64,000 nt of DNA from Heteronotia binoei (GCF_032191835.1 NC_083237.1:41850001-41914000), one strand, 5' to 3'. Counted from the stretch's first letter, positions 24,294-38,259 are shown. Translations and numbers: made by a program. The notes: a model not told the origin generated them from the letters alone.

Positions 24294-25439
24294 AAGATCC
24301 ACTCCAAAGATCTGTGGGTGGTACATTATGTTGTGGATTAATATGAGTATTCATTAATGTGTTTGTGTATGTGTGTGTTGCAGTTCAATTAATTAAAATC
24401 AATTTCACCTTATCATAGATTACAAAAGAGATGCAAAATCCAACACTTCATATTCAGTGCAGCTTATATAAACTCATATAAATGTATGCATGGTGGCATA
24501 TGGAATCAGAGTGATATCACATGATTCCATAGTCTTACGAGTGGAACATTTGCTAGCATATTAAACATTTTGCATGTGTTGCTTCTATTATTCTGGAAGA
24601 TCAGGTTTGTTCTTACTCTGGAAGGCAAAGGATATTCTCTGGGAAAAAAGGGAGATATTATTGCCTTTCTGGGAGCCAGTGTGGTGTAGTAGCTAGGAAC
24701 TGAATTATGACTGGAGACACCCAAGTTCAAATTACCACATAGCCAAAAAGCCAGGCATTTTCTCCCAGTGCCTCTTGGTAAGGATATAATAGAAAGGAGA
24801 AACATGTATGGCATTCTGAGTTCTTGGTAGTAACAGTGGGATTAAAATGTAGCAAAAAGCAACTGTGAACAGCATTTGAGTTCAAACAAATGTACCCTAT
24901 TTGCTTTGAACAGAAGATAACTCCCTTAGAAAAAAGAAGTGGCTATACATAAAAAGTATACCTGGAACTGAAGATGACCCTCCCCCAAAGAGACAAGCCA
25001 GCTAGCTACAGGTATCATCCTCCAACTAACCTCTATCTTTCCAGCCTCACCCATACCCCAAGTTACAAGTGGGCTTCATAGCCATAGCAACCATGACATC
25101 TGACATTGCCTCTGTGCCTCTCTACCAGTCCAATCAATTTGGAACCAGAAAGCATGAATGAAGGGAGTGCATGCCTTTTTTCCCCTCCATGATTTCTGGT
25201 AGTCAGGAAACAAGAAGAAAAAGATTGCACTGCCATAACTTCCAGCCTGTGTGAATGAACTGCCTATCCTCTTGTCTCTGTCTGTCCATCCCTCTTGTCT
25301 CTCTCAAGCACATTTCACTCCCCGGAGTTCTAATCAAGTGATGCACAGAGAGCTGTAATGTTCTGATGAGATGGCTTGGCTGGAGTTGTCAAAACATGAT
25401 GCTGCAAGTAGCTCATTGCTCCAAAAAGCTCTAATATTT

Positions 25440-25810
25440 ATAACAGTTTAAATGTGCTGTCCCCCTCCTTATTTAACTTCTATATCAATGATTTGGCGTC
25501 GCATATAAATAAACCTTTATGCTGATGATGCTATTTTACTTTCAAGGACTCCCTTAGGCCTCAGAAGAGCCTTGAAAGTTTTCGCTCAATATTGCCTGGA
25601 AAACAATCTAGAGGTAAATTATGCTAAAACCAAAGCAGTGGCCTTTGGCAAAAAGACACCCAGATCACACCATTGGTACTTAAATTCTATTCCCATTGAA
25701 CAAGTTTCATGCTTTAAGTACCTGGGGGTCATGTTTCAAGCGAATGGAAGAACCACCAATATAAATATGATTACCTCAAATGTGAAAAGGATTGCGGGGG
25801 CTTTAATATT
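25440..25810 (+). mobile_element. Old RTE-X-like LINE RT fragment interrupted by an L2
   Basis: LSPSLFNFYINDL...LYADDAILLSRTPLGLRRALKVFAQYCLENNLEVNYAKTK. Clade assignment from motif memory only. Confidence 0.6.
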
Positions 25811-28800
25811 TAATGAAGACCAACAGATCTGAGGGGAGGCGTTAGATCACGCCCACCAATATGTGACTAGTGATGGGCTAGCAGTGATCCAGCTCAGGGG
25901 GCAAAGCTCTCCTCCACCACTCATGGCTTCTAGGCCACAAAAGAGCTGTAAGGAAATACTATAGCCCCATGTTCCTAACTGACAGGTACCTTTGCCTCAA
26001 GTAGTACGTGTATTGGCATGCGTGACCGAGACCTGGGTGCGTGACGGGGAGACTGTAGCTCTCTCCCAGATGGCGCCCCCAGGATACTCGGTCTTTCACC
26101 AGTCACGGATTAGCGAGCGGGAAGGAGGGGTGGCTCTATTCATATGAGAGGCTTACTCCTTCCGGGCTCTCCCGGCCCTGAAGATTGAGGGCATTGAATG
26201 TGCCGGTCTGGCGTGGGACGTTGGGGAGGGGTTGGCGATCTGGCTGGTGTACCGACCACCTAACGCACCGGCTAGCGCCTTACTGTCCCTACTGGAGGCC
26301 GCAGCAGGCTGGGCATTGGAGTAATCGAGGCTCTTGATCCTCGGTGACTTCAATGTCCATGCCGATGACGCGACCTCCAGTCAGGCAATGGACCTGGTGT
26401 CATCCATGGCGACACTAGGACTCTCCCAAATTGTTACAACACCCACCCACCAGGCGGGGCACATGTTAGACTTGATCTTCACGGCGGGAGTTTTAGTGGA
26501 CGATGTTACTGCTGAAGCAGTGCCATGGTCGGACCACTATGCCCTCAAGGCTCATGTGGATGTCCCACCCCAAGCCCGTTTAGGCGGCGAGCGTATTTTA
26601 GCTTGCCCGCGGAGCCAGATGGATCCGGAACGGTTCCTGATGGCTCTACGGGATCCCTGGCGGTTCCTTGGATGACTTGGTAGAGTCTTGGAATGATAGG
26701 CTCTCCCGGGCCATCGACGAGATCGCACCTAGGCGCCCTCTGCGCCCCTGCCAAAAGTCGGCACCCTGGTATAACCAGGAGTTGCGGCAATTAAAGTGTG
26801 GACTCAGACGGCTAGAGAGGCAATGGCGGCATACTCGAGACGAAGCGATCAGAACATCTTATAGAGAAGTAATGAAGTCCTATGAGATGGCAGTCAAGGC
26901 CACAAAGAAAACATACTTTACGGCTAAGATTGCATCTGCAACTTCGCGCCTGGCACAACTGTTTAGTACAATTCAGACCCTTATAACTCTGCCACAAGGC
27001 AGACCAAATTCTAAAGAATTGGAGATTGGCTGTGAGGCTTTTGCGAACTTTTTTGCAGATAAGGTCGCATCGCTCCGCCACGACTTTCCCGCCATATTGG
27101 AGACAGTATGTGAACCTGAGGCTCCGTGCCGGTCTTCAGAGTGTGTCCTGGATGGTTTCAGTGCTCTCAGTCTGGAGGAAGTTGACAGGATCCTCGCATC
27201 TGCTCGCCCTACAATTTGTAATCTGGACCCCTGCCCCTCCTGGCTTATTAAAGCTTGCCAGAGGGAGCTTAGATATCCTGTATGGGATATCATAAACAGA
27301 TCCCTGATGGAAGGGCATTTTCCAGCACCTCTGAAAGAGGCTGTGGTCCGCCCTCTATTGAAGAAACCAACGTTAGATCCTGCCGAATTGATACACTATC
27401 GACCGGTTTCGAATGTACCCTTTTTGGGTAAACTCATTGAGAGGGCAGTGGCATTGCAGTTGCAGAGCTTTCTGGAGGATGCTTCCGTTCTTGACCCCCA
27501 TCAGTCCGGTTTCCCTCCGGGTCATGGGACGGAGATGGTGCTGGTCACTCTGATGGATGACCTCCAGCGGCATCTGGATCGAGGCGGCTCGGTGGTGCTG
27601 GTGTTGTTGGACCTATCGGCAGCGTTCAATACAGTCGACCACCGGCTGCTGACCCGTTGTCTCGCCGACGTGGGGATTCAGGGGTTGGCCTTACAGTGTT
27701 TCTCCTCGTTCCTTGATGGTCGGGGACAAAGGGTGGCAATTGGGGGTGAGCTGTCCCAGAGGCACACACTGGGGTGCCTCAGGGGGCAGTTCTTTCCCCA
27801 ATGCTGTTTAATATTTACATGCGCCCTCTTGCCCAGATTGCTCGGAGGCATGGGCTGGGTTGTCACCAGTATGTTGATGACACCCAGCTCTATCTACTCA
27901 TGGACGGCCGGCCTGACTGTGTCCCAGAAAACCTGGGCTGGGCATTACAAGCCGTGGCTAGATGGCTCAGGCTGAGTAGGCTGAAACTAAATCCAGCGAA
28001 GACAGAGGTCCTTTGCTTGGGTCGCCGTGGTCTGGGCGGGGGAATTCCCCTTCCAGCCCTTGACGGTGTGCCACTGACAATGGCACACTGGGTCAGGAGC
28101 TTGGGGGTACTACTTGAGCCTGCCTTAACTATGGAGGCCCAGGTAGCAGCCACTGCTAAGTCCGCTTTTTTTCATCTTAGGCGGGCGAGGCAGTTGGCTC
28201 CCTTCCTAGAGCAGGACAATCTAGCAACAGTGATCCATGCAACGGTCACCTCAAGGTTGGATTACTGTAATGCCCTCTACATGGGGCTGCCCCTGTGCCG
28301 AACCCGGAAGTTGCAGCTAGTGCAGAACGCCGCTGCCCGGCTGCTATTAGGGCTCCCTAGACGGGAGCACATTCAGTCGGGCCTCCAGGGACTGCACTGG
28401 CTGCCGATAATATACCGAGTCTGGTACAAGGTGCTGGTTATTACCTTTAAAGCCCTATATGGTCTAGGACCTGCCTATCTTAGGGACCGTCTCTTCCCAT
28501 ATGTTCCCCAGAGAGTACTGTGATCAGGCTCCCAAAATCTGCTCGTAATCCCCAGACCAAAGGAGGCCTGGCTGAAGTCAACCAGAGACAGGGCCTTCTC
28601 CATAACAGCCCCTTGCTGGTGGAACCAGTTATCGGAAGAGGTCAGGGCCCTGTGGGATATTGGACAATTCCGCAGGGCCTGTAAGACAGTCCTCTTCCAG
28701 TTGGCCTATAACTGACCGGCACTAAAACTGAAACTAAAACTATGAAAACATCGAAGGAAGTTATAGATAGCACATTGTGGATTTATGTACTGATTTTAAT

Positions 28801-28950
28801 GTTTTTAATGTTTTTTAATGTTTTAATGATGTAAACTGTTATTGTATTTAAAATTAGAATTTTATTGTTAGAACCCTCTGTGTTGTGAGCCGCCCTGAGC
28901 CCGCTTCGGTGGGGTAGGGCGGGATATAAATCAAATCAAATAAATAAATA
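25811..28950 (+). mobile_element. Near-full-length L2 LINE ORF2 (APE + RT), frameshifted
   Basis: LACVTETW, ILGDFNVH, WSDHY, HYRPVSNVPFLGKLIE, DPHQSGF, DLSAAFNTVDH, PQGAVLSP, YVDDTQLY, LKLNPAKTE, LDYCNALY, LHWLP, (TAAA)n tail, candidate TSD AATATT at 25805-25810 and 28951-28956. Confidence 0.93.
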
Positions 28951-29150
28951 AATATTGCAAAACCAAAGCCAAGACCCAATATGTCCCGATGAAATGCAAA
29001 AGGATAAGAACTCTGAAGCTTCCCACCAGTAGGACTGATGTGTTGAGGTGGCAATGAACCCCCAAACTCCCTGGGCACTCAGCCATTGCCAAATGCCCAC
29101 AGATCTTTGGGAAGTTCTCTGGATGCTTGTTCACCCCAGAAACCAATGTG

Positions 29151-29596
29151 TGTCAAGCAATGTTAAACTTTTCTCTGATAGTATAATGTTAACTGAATGT
29201 ATTTACAATGCTCCATAGATGTTACTAACCCTGAACTAAGGTGGGCACATCAAAGTAGAAAATAGCCGTCGCCTCTTTCGCTTTTACTAACAAATGCAGG
29301 AATTTGCTTTTTGAAGATAAACGCCTCCAGGGACAGGATCTCAGGCCTGGTCCCAGGAAAAGAAACCACAGGAGAGATAAGAAAGTTATCGTGTGAAGAT
29401 TCACACGTGAATACAGCATTGTTTAGAATTTGTAGCTTTGTTTAGAGAACCTTTGATGTGCCATCTTTAAGTATGCTCTCTACTGTTACTGTATATCAGT
29501 TCCAATACCTAGCTCAATAGAAGCATATGGATTATCAATAAACCATACTTTGTTTCAACTCAAGGACTGGTTACTTTGAAATCTGCTTGCTTGACA
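29151..29596 (+). mobile_element. Solo LTR with perfect 10-bp terminal inverted repeat
   Basis: TGTCAAGCAA...TTGCTTGACA, homologous to 16583-17038, flanks atgtg/gcgtg. Confidence 0.75.
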
Positions 29597-30094
29597 GCGT
29601 GTGAAAAAACTTTTCCTGAAACTGAGATGATGTGTCCACAATGTCATTATTGGCTTCTGCAATATAGCATGCTGAAAAGCCATGATAGGAAGAATCTGTG
29701 AACCAGACACATAACCTGTTCAAAGCCTGAAAACTGCCAATTAATGACCCTGCCAATGGCTTGGTTATAGCACAAAAAAAGGACCTGTCTATTCTGAAAC
29801 AAATTCCTCCACATAATAACTGCTGCAAAATAGGGGGATTAAAAAAAAAAAAGATTTTCTCTTAATATGTCTGACATGGCCCATTGTGGTGCCCAATGCC
29901 TGAAAGAGCAGCACCCTGAAAAATATATCCTGAAACCTAGACTGCCCAATGCATCATTATGACCCAGAAGGCTGCCTTCAGACACAATTGCCATAGGGAC
30001 ATCCTATTGAAATGTTTCAGAAAGGTGAGCAAAATCCATTGGTCCTCCCTGATGCCCTTTGTATCCCTGATATGGTGATGGGGAGTGTTAACTC

Positions 30095-30260
30095 CAGAAG
30101 TAGCCCAAGCAAGACATCAGATCTCAGAAGCTAAGCAGAGCTGACCCTAGAAAGTACTTGGATGGGAAATCTCCACCAGAGGCAGGCAATAGCAAGCCAC
30201 CTCTCTGAATGTCCAAGCCCCTCTGGAGTTGCCAGAAGTCAACTATAACTTCCAGGCATG
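30095..30260 (+). mobile_element. 5S-derived SINE
   Basis: cagatctcagaagctaagcagagctgaccctagaaagtacttggatggga followed by gaggcaggcaatagcaagccacctct. Confidence 0.75.
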
Positions 30261-31907
30261 CACACATATACATGCATACATGCATACACACATATACATG
30301 CACACACACACACAATGCACACAAAAGGGGGGAAGGGGTGTGAAGTTCTGCAACATTTTTGACCATCAGAATACATTGAGAGACAGAAAAAAAAATGCCT
30401 TTGCTATGTCTTTCAGATGCATTCCTGAGAGTATGCTAACATTGAATAAAATGGGATTTCCTTCAGACTAGTCCTGCTGGGAAGTCTTGCTGTGTTCCCT
30501 TAAGCCTTCATTTCAGAGTTTTACAGGAGTGTTCTAATTAAAACTCCATAAATTGCTGAAAGAATTTGTGTTGCACTTCATGGAGGGTTACCAGGCTGTC
30601 CAGAATTAGAAAAGAACCCCACCTGAATATTAAAAAAGGAAAATGCATTGCTGGAAAATATTCTTTGGATTATTGTTAATTGGCAATCACAGATTCATTC
30701 AATTGGCATTCACCTCATCAAGCAGGTGGTTTTAATAGGTCTCATGGGGCTTTATTTAAGAAGAAGGTCTTTGCAAAGGGCCTAAGCTGAATCTCAGCTC
30801 CTCACTCAGGGACTTATTAAAATCATATCAGTAGCTATTGGTATTACTTCTCCCGAATTTACACTTGGTCAGGATTTAGCCCATTGCATGAGGTAACTGG
30901 AGATATAGTAGACCCTAAGGTCTTTCTCAGTGGGGTTTAAGTTAAACTAAGACCAATGTGTCTTTAATTATAACATTAAATGAGACATCATGGGATTTCC
31001 AGTGTGTGAAAGTAAACTTTCAGAGCCATATCCATAGTGGTGTAAACTGGCATTGTTCTGTTAATTTCTATACAGTAAACTATGTTTGCTTAAGATATGT
31101 GAAGTTCTAACACTCAAAGTGCATTTTTGAGCAAAGGCAAATGTGCTGATCCCTTGAATTCCCCTCTTACTACTATACTTGCTTTTTATCCCAGACAATC
31201 TTTCTCTGGTCCTGGACAAATAGTTAGAGAGAGCTAATCCAGTTGTAGAAACCATGTTGCATAAATATCCAGGGACCAATAGTCCAAGTGTGCACAATGA
31301 AAGCATACAAAATGCCAGACTGACTCTGGATATGGTTAACTGAACCTCATTCTCAGTGTCCTTTTGCATGGTGCACAGAATTGGCAGTTGGCCCGGGAGG
31401 GAGGGGGGGAGTCCTGTCCCTTCCCTTTAAACAGAAGGTTCATATGTGGAATGGGCAATTGAAGCTTTTCCTGGCATGGAGCTAAAAGCATCCATGGAAA
31501 TTTCATTTATTTATTTACTATTTCTTTTACTTACACCCTGGCTCTTGCTTGGGTCACAGGGTCAGGGTGTCACAACACCAATAAAGCAATCTATAAGTAA
31601 AGATCAAAACATACGTACAAAAAAGGTAAATTGCAATCTGCAAAATGGCATCATAGCCTAGGAATCAGAATAAATACATATCCAGTTGATACCAAACAAC
31701 CAGTGCTTCAAGCTGTTGTAAAACACATACACAATTGGGGCGGGGGCGGGGGGCAGGACTGGCAACACTGCCAATAGATGGTAAGAGACTGTCTTCAATG
31801 GAAAGCCTGATGGAACAGCTCCTTCTTACAGAGAGCCAGCATGGTATAGTGGTTAAGAGCAGCAGACTCTAACCTCCTAGAGAACTGGTTTCGATTCCTC
31901 AGTCCTC

Positions 31908-34900
31908 TTTATTTATTTATTTATCTATTTATTTATTTACTTTAAATTTCTATCCCACTCCCTCCGCAAGCGGACTCAGGGCAGTTAACAATATTCATAT
32001 TTACAAGTTAAAACTAATAAACTATAATTACAATTTAAGACCATTATGTGGTGCTGTACCACTGCAATATAAGCGAGTTCTTCTTTTCTGATGGTGATCA
32101 TGTGGTATTGCAGCTCTATAATGATGTGGGGCGGCAGGCCTCCCCCAGTTAGATATTAAAGGCCTGTTGGAACAGTTCAGTTTTGCAGGTCCTGTGGAAG
32201 GTAGAGAGATCCTGCAGGGCCCTCACAACCTCTGGGAGGGCATTCCACATTTCTGGTGCTGCCACAGAGAAGGCCCGTGTATAGCATAGCTTAGCCTCCT
32301 TTGATCCAGGAACGGACAATAGATTTTGTGTCCCTGAACGCAGTGCTCTCTGGGGAACATACAGAAAAAGGTGGTCCCATAGGTAGTCAGGGCCCTGACG
32401 ATAAAGAGTTTTAAAGGTCAATACCAACACCTTGAAATGGACTCAGAACATAATAGGTAGCCAGTGCAGCTCTTTCAGCACTGGCTGAATGTGCTCTCAA
32501 TGAGAGAGCCCCATTAATAGCCATGCCACAGCGTTCTACACTAGCTGTAGTTTCCGAGTCAGGGTCAAGGGTAGCCCCATGTAGAGAGTATTACAGTGAT
32601 CTATTCTCGAGGTGACCGTAGCATGGATCACCATTGCTAAGTCATCGTGCTCCAAGAAAGGGGCCAACTGCCACACCCGCCGAAGATGAAAAAAGGTGAA
32701 TCTGGTAGTGGCTGCTACCTGGGCCTCCATTGCAAGAGAGGACTCCAGGAGCATGCCTAAGCTCTTAAGAACATAAGAGAAGCCATGTTGGATCAGGCCA
32801 ACGGCCCATTCATTCCAACACTCTGTGTCACAAGTGGCAAAAAAAATTATATATACACACACATTGTGGCTAATAGCCACTGATGGACCTGTGCTCCATA
32901 TTTTTATCTAAACCCCTCTTGAAGGTGGCTATACTTGTGGCTGCCACCACCTCCTGTGGCAGTGAATTCCACATGTTAATCACCCTTTGGGTGAAGAAGT
33001 ACTTCCTTTTATCCGTTTTAACCTGTCTGCTCAGCAATTTAATCGAATGCCCACGAGTTCTTGTATTGTGAGAAAGGGAGAAAAGTACTTCTTTCTCTAC
33101 TTTCTCCATCCCATGCATTATCTTGTAAACCTCTATCATGTCACCCCGCAGTCGACGTTTCTCCAAGCTAAAGAGCCCCAAGCGTTTCAACCTTTCTTCA
33201 TAGGGAAAGTGCTCCAGCCCTTTAATCATTCTAGCTGCCCTTTTCTGGACTTTTTGAGGTGCGGCGACCAGAACTGCACAGAGTACTCCAAATGAGACCG
33301 CACCATCGATTTATACAGGGGCATTATGATACTGGCTGATTTGTTTTCAATTCCCTTCCTAATAATTCCCAGCATGGCGTTGGCCTTTTTTATTGCAAAC
33401 GCACACTGTCTTGACATTTTCAGTGAGTTATCTACCACGACCCCAAGATCTCTCTCTTGGTCAGTCTCTGCCAGTTCACACCCCATCAACTTGTATTTGT
33501 AGCTGGGATTCTTGGCCCCAATGTGCATTACTTTGCACTCGGCCACATTGAACCACATCTGCCACGTTGACGCCCACTCACCCAGCCTCAACAGATCCCT
33601 TTGGAGTTCCTCACAATCCTCTCTGGTTCTCACCACCCTGAACAATTTAGTGTCATCCGCAAACTTGGCCACTTCACTGCTCACTCCCAACTCTAAAACA
33701 TTTATTAACAAGTTAAAGAGCATGGGATCCAGTACCGAGCCCTGCGGCACCCCACTGCTTACCGTCCTCCACTGCGAAGACTGCCCATTTATACTCACTC
33801 TCTGCTTCCTATTACTCAGCCAGTTTTTGATCTACAAGAGCACCTGTCCTTTTACTCCATGACTCTCAAGCTTTCTAAGGAGCCTTTGATGAGGAACTTT
33901 ATCAAAAGCTTTCTGGAAGTCTTGACCTTAGGGGCCAGTATCAGCGGCACCCTGTCAAAAGCCGGCAAAGGAATCTCCCCCCTTGGACCACCCCGGCTCA
34001 GATAGAGAACCTCCGTCTTTGTCAGCTTCAGCTTCAACCGACTCAGCCTGAGCCAAGATGCTACAGCTTGAAGAGCCAGGTCTAGATTTTCCAGGGTACA
34101 GTTGGACTGGGCACCCATCAATAGATAGAGCTGGGTGTCGTCTGCATATTGGTGACAACTCAGCCTATACCTCCTGACAATCTGTACAAGGGGGTGCATA
34201 TAGATGTTGAATAGCATTGTGGACAGAACCGCACCCTGTGGCACACCACATATAAGTGGGTGCCTTTGGGATGATTCCTCCCTTATCATCACCCTTTGTC
34301 CCCGACCTTAGAGAAAGGAGGCCAACCCTGTAAGGTGGATCCCTGAATCCCCACATCGGCAAGGCAGTTAGTCTGTAGCTGATTGTCAACTGTATCAAAT
34401 GTGACTGATAGATCTAATAATAACAGCACCGCTGAGCCGTCCCGATCCAGATGTCGCATGAGGTCATCTATGAGGGTGACCAGAACTGTCTCCATCCCGT
34501 GACCTGGTTGAAAGCCAGACTGGAATGGATCCAGTGCGGAAGTGTCATCCAGGAATCCCTGTAGTTGAGTTGCCACTTCTCCCTCTATAACCTTATCCAA
34601 AAAGGGAAGGTTTGATACAGGCTGATAATTTTCCAATACGACCGGATCTGCAAATGGTTTTTTCAAGAGGGGACAGACCACAGCCTCTTTAAGAGGTGTG
34701 GAAAAGATCCCTTCTACGAAGAATCTGTTGACAATACCCTGCAGTCGCTCACGTAGCGATGCCTGGCTAGCTTTTATAAGCCAGCACAGGTCGTAGGGCG
34801 TACAGCAAAAAAGGATCCTGTTACCTCCTTCAGGCTGAGAGGAGTGAAGGAATCCAAAAATGGACCAGAAGACGTGCTCAGTGCCTCGAGTTCTTTCACA

Positions 34901-36200
34901 GTATCAATTGTGACAGGAAGGTCATGTCGGAGCTATGAGACCTTACCTGCGAAAAAGCTCGCAAAAGCCTCACAGCTGATTTCTAATTCTCTAACATTTG
35001 GTTTACCTTGCGGCAGGGTTGTTAGTGACTGAATTATACTAAATAATTATGCTGGGCATGTGGCCCAGACTGCCATCTCATAGGTCTGCATAAATGATCT
35101 ATAAGATGTTCTCATAGCTTCGTCACAAGTGTGTCGCCATTGTCTCGCTAGTCGTCTTAATCGTTGTTTCATCGATCGCAGCTCCAGGGTATACCAAGGA
35201 GCGAATCGTGAACAAGAATGAAGAGGATGTTGGGGAGTGATCTCATTGATGGCTGTAGAGAGCTGGGTATTCCAGACCTCCACCAGCTCATCCAATGAGT
35301 CACCAGAGCGCCAGGGATCCTGTAAAGCCATCTGAAGCCGCAAAGGGTCCATCTCGCTTTGTGGGCGAGTCAAAATTTGCTCACCACCTAAACTGGGTAA
35401 AGGTGGAGTATCCACATGGGCCTTCAGACATAGTTGTCAGACCATGGCACTGCCTCGGCAGAAATCTGATCCACTAATACTCCTGCTGCAAAGCTCAGAT
35501 CCAACGTGTGCCTGGCCCGATGTGTGGGCGTTGTTATATGTTGGGAGAGTCCCAGTGCTGCCATGAAAGACACTAGGTCCGTCACCCAAGTGGAAGCTGC
35601 ATCCTCGACATGGACATTGAAGTCACCCAGGACTATAAGCCGAGGATGCTCCAATGCCCAGCCTGCTACGGCCTCCATCAGGGATGGTAAGGCACTGGCC
35701 AGTGCATTAGGCGGACGGTACCAGTCAGATTGCCAAACTCTCCCCAACATCCCACGTCAGGCCAGCACATTCTATGCCCATGATCTTTGGAGGCAGAAGC
35801 ACCCTGAAGGAGCAATCCTCCTGTATGAAAAAGGCCACCCCTCCCCCCACCCGCTAGTGTGTGCCTGGTGAAGAATGGAGAACCCAGGCGGAGCTAATTG
35901 GGAGAGAGCCACCGTCTCCCCGTTCCGCACCAAGGTCTCCATCACGCAAGCCATGTCCATGTCCTACCTAATTAGGAAATCTTGCAAGACTGAGGTTTTA
36001 TTATTTATGGACCTGGCATTGCACAATACCAGGAATGGAGGCAAGTATTTCCACTTGGTCCCCATACCCGCTATCCTTGGGATGGGACGCAAGCTGGAAG
36101 GGGAGCAAGCCCTCCTGTGTCTCAGTCTCCTTCCATTCCAACTTTGCCTGCTCCCACCACTGTACTTTCCCCTCCCCAGGAGCACTAGAATCCCCTGACC
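31908..36200 (-). mobile_element. Near-full-length L2 LINE (disrupted), interrupted by CR1
   Basis: LVLCNARSINNK, IVLGDFNVH, PWSDN, PVSNLPFLDK, DPFQSGF, PQGAVLS, YADDTQLY, IDHCNTLY, (TAAA)n tail at about 31908. Confidence 0.92.
32767..33919 (-). mobile_element. 5'-truncated CR1 LINE inserted in the L2
   Basis: DFQKAFDKVPH, SGVPQGSVL, KFADDTKL, ERDLGVVVD, RLRGDMIEVYK, RTRGHS, tail ttcttatgttctt, TCTT at 32763-32766 and 33920-33923. Confidence 0.95.
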
Positions 36201-37075
36201 AGACATTTATTGCTGATGGTCTTCACAGAGTCTCAGATCACCAACAGTATGCACATCAACGCATCCTGCTCCTCCCACCCACTCAACCTAGCACTCTATC
36301 AGCTAATATTTTCTATGACCTAGCTAAAACTTATTCCTACTACAATGCAGGAGCAGAGGGACCACAACACAAAAGCACAGTACAGAAACACAGATAGTAA
36401 ATCTCCAAATACCCATGCTAGATGGCAACATGAGGGGGAGACCTTGGATTCTATGCCCTGTTGGTTGGCCACTGTATGATACAGGGTGCTGGTGGACCAC
36501 CATTTTGATCCAGTATGACTGTTATTATCTTCTTTTGTACCAATTTCATAAATGGGGGTACACCTTTATTTGCCACAGATTACAATAGGAAAAAAAAAGA
36601 GTATTTAAGGATGAAAATGTTCCCTTAATAGTAATTGAGCAAAGTAGACAATAATATGTGGAATAAAAGCAATTCTGTTTTCCTATATCTAAAGCATGCC
36701 CATAAATTGTGTGAAATGGTAGGCAAACTAATTGAGAAGTATAAAATTAATTTATGGCTATTCATCATAGAAACCTACATAATCTCCAGCTTCCATTTTT
36801 TCCATACATCAGGTTTAAATTGCATACTGTCCTCCTCCATATTTCCTGCTTATTCAGAAAAGAAATATTCCCAAAGATCACAAAAGAAGGAACACCTTTT
36901 TACATCCACATCTTGGCCAAAGTCTTCTTTCCTGTAAGAGAATTTTAGTATTTTCTTTTTTGTAATAGTTTAAGGGTACAATTTTGTTCATAATTCTGCC
37001 TTGTGCTGATCCTGTGCTGTGCTTTGATCCTGTGCTGTGCTTCCATTTGTGCCCTTCTTTGGCCACTGTGGAACA

Positions 37076-37290
37076 TTTGAACACAAGAAGCTGCCTTCTA
37101 CTGAACCAGACCCCCCTGGGTCCATCAAACTCAGTTTTGTCTATTCAGACTGACAGTGGCTCTCCAGGGTCTCAAGCTGAGGTTTTTCACACCTACTTGC
37201 CTGGACCCTTTTAGTTGGAGATGCCGGGGATTGAAACTGGGACCTTCTGCTTACAAAGCAGATGCTCTACCACTGAGCCACCATCCCTCC
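37076..37290 (-). mobile_element. tRNA-derived SINE with CR1-type tail (Squam2-like)
   Basis: Reverse complement ggagggatggtggctcagtggtagagcatctgc...aggtcccagtttcaatccccggcatctcc...gatggaccc...gtagaaggcagcttc. Confidence 0.75.
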
Positions 37291-37633
37291 TTTCCTGTGC
37301 AACATGTGCTTCTGACCTTGCTATAGACAAAGCTACACTGCAAGGGCAGCAAGTTTTAGTATACAATCTTTGTATATGCGAAATTTAGTATGCAAACTTT
37401 GGCTTTGATCTCACTACTCCTCCAAGGAACTCCAGCCTGTAGGTATGATTTCCATGTTATCTTCACAACAACCCTGTGAGGTATGTTAGCATGAATGAGG
37501 CAGAGTGATTGGTGGAAGATCATCCAGTGTGTTTCATGGCAGGGTGGGAATCTGAACTCAAGCTTCCCCATTAGCAGCCTGGTACTATAATCATGACACC
37601 ACATTGACCATGTCTTTTAGGCAGCCTTCTGTC

Positions 37634-37675
<42 letters not shown>

Positions 37676-38045
37676 TATTATTATTATTATTTATATCCCG
37701 CCCTCCACGCCAAGGCAGGCTCAGGGCGGCTCACAAACATAGAAAGTGCCATGAATTACAATAAATACATTATACGATAAAATACAATAAAATACATTAA
37801 ATAGATTAATTAATTAAAACCACAACAGATAAGGTGCTATAATACAAAACGATGCATATCAGATGGCTGGATGTCATTTCAGGATTCAATCTTGTAGGCC
37901 ATTTGAAAAAGGATAGTTTTACATGCCCTGCGGAATTGATTATAGTCCCGCAGGGCTCGAACCTCAGCTGGTAGTTGATTCCACCAATGGGGAGCCGTTA
38001 CTGAGAAGGCCTGCTCTCGAGTTGTTTTCAGTTTGGCCTCCCAAT
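37676..38045 (-). mobile_element. L2 3' fragment with (TAA)n tail abutting an (AAT)n run
   Basis: tatatcccgccctcc...gctcagggcggctcaca, ccctgcggaattg...agggctcgaacc. Confidence 0.8.
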
Positions 38046-38259
38046 TGACATCTCAATAGGATTCCTTTTTTTAACTGCCATTTCCTGACTTGAAAATCTA
38101 CTCTCACGCCTGCTTTATTCCACTGGGGTGGTCAGGGTTCAGTTAATCTTTGGATCAAAAGAGTACAAATGAAAAATATTTCCACCTAACCTGTGACTTC
38201 TGCTTTGTGATAATAACCAATTCACCAAACATATCCTTTTAATGGTGGGGGGGGGGGCA

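Noticed and set aside
37200-37290. tRNA-like heads as tRNA genes
   Set aside because: No complete cloverleaf, and they continue into SINE bodies
37634-37691. (AAT)n/(ATT)n mirror microsatellite as a special structure
   Set aside because: Explained by an L2 tail in minus orientation abutting a simple repeat
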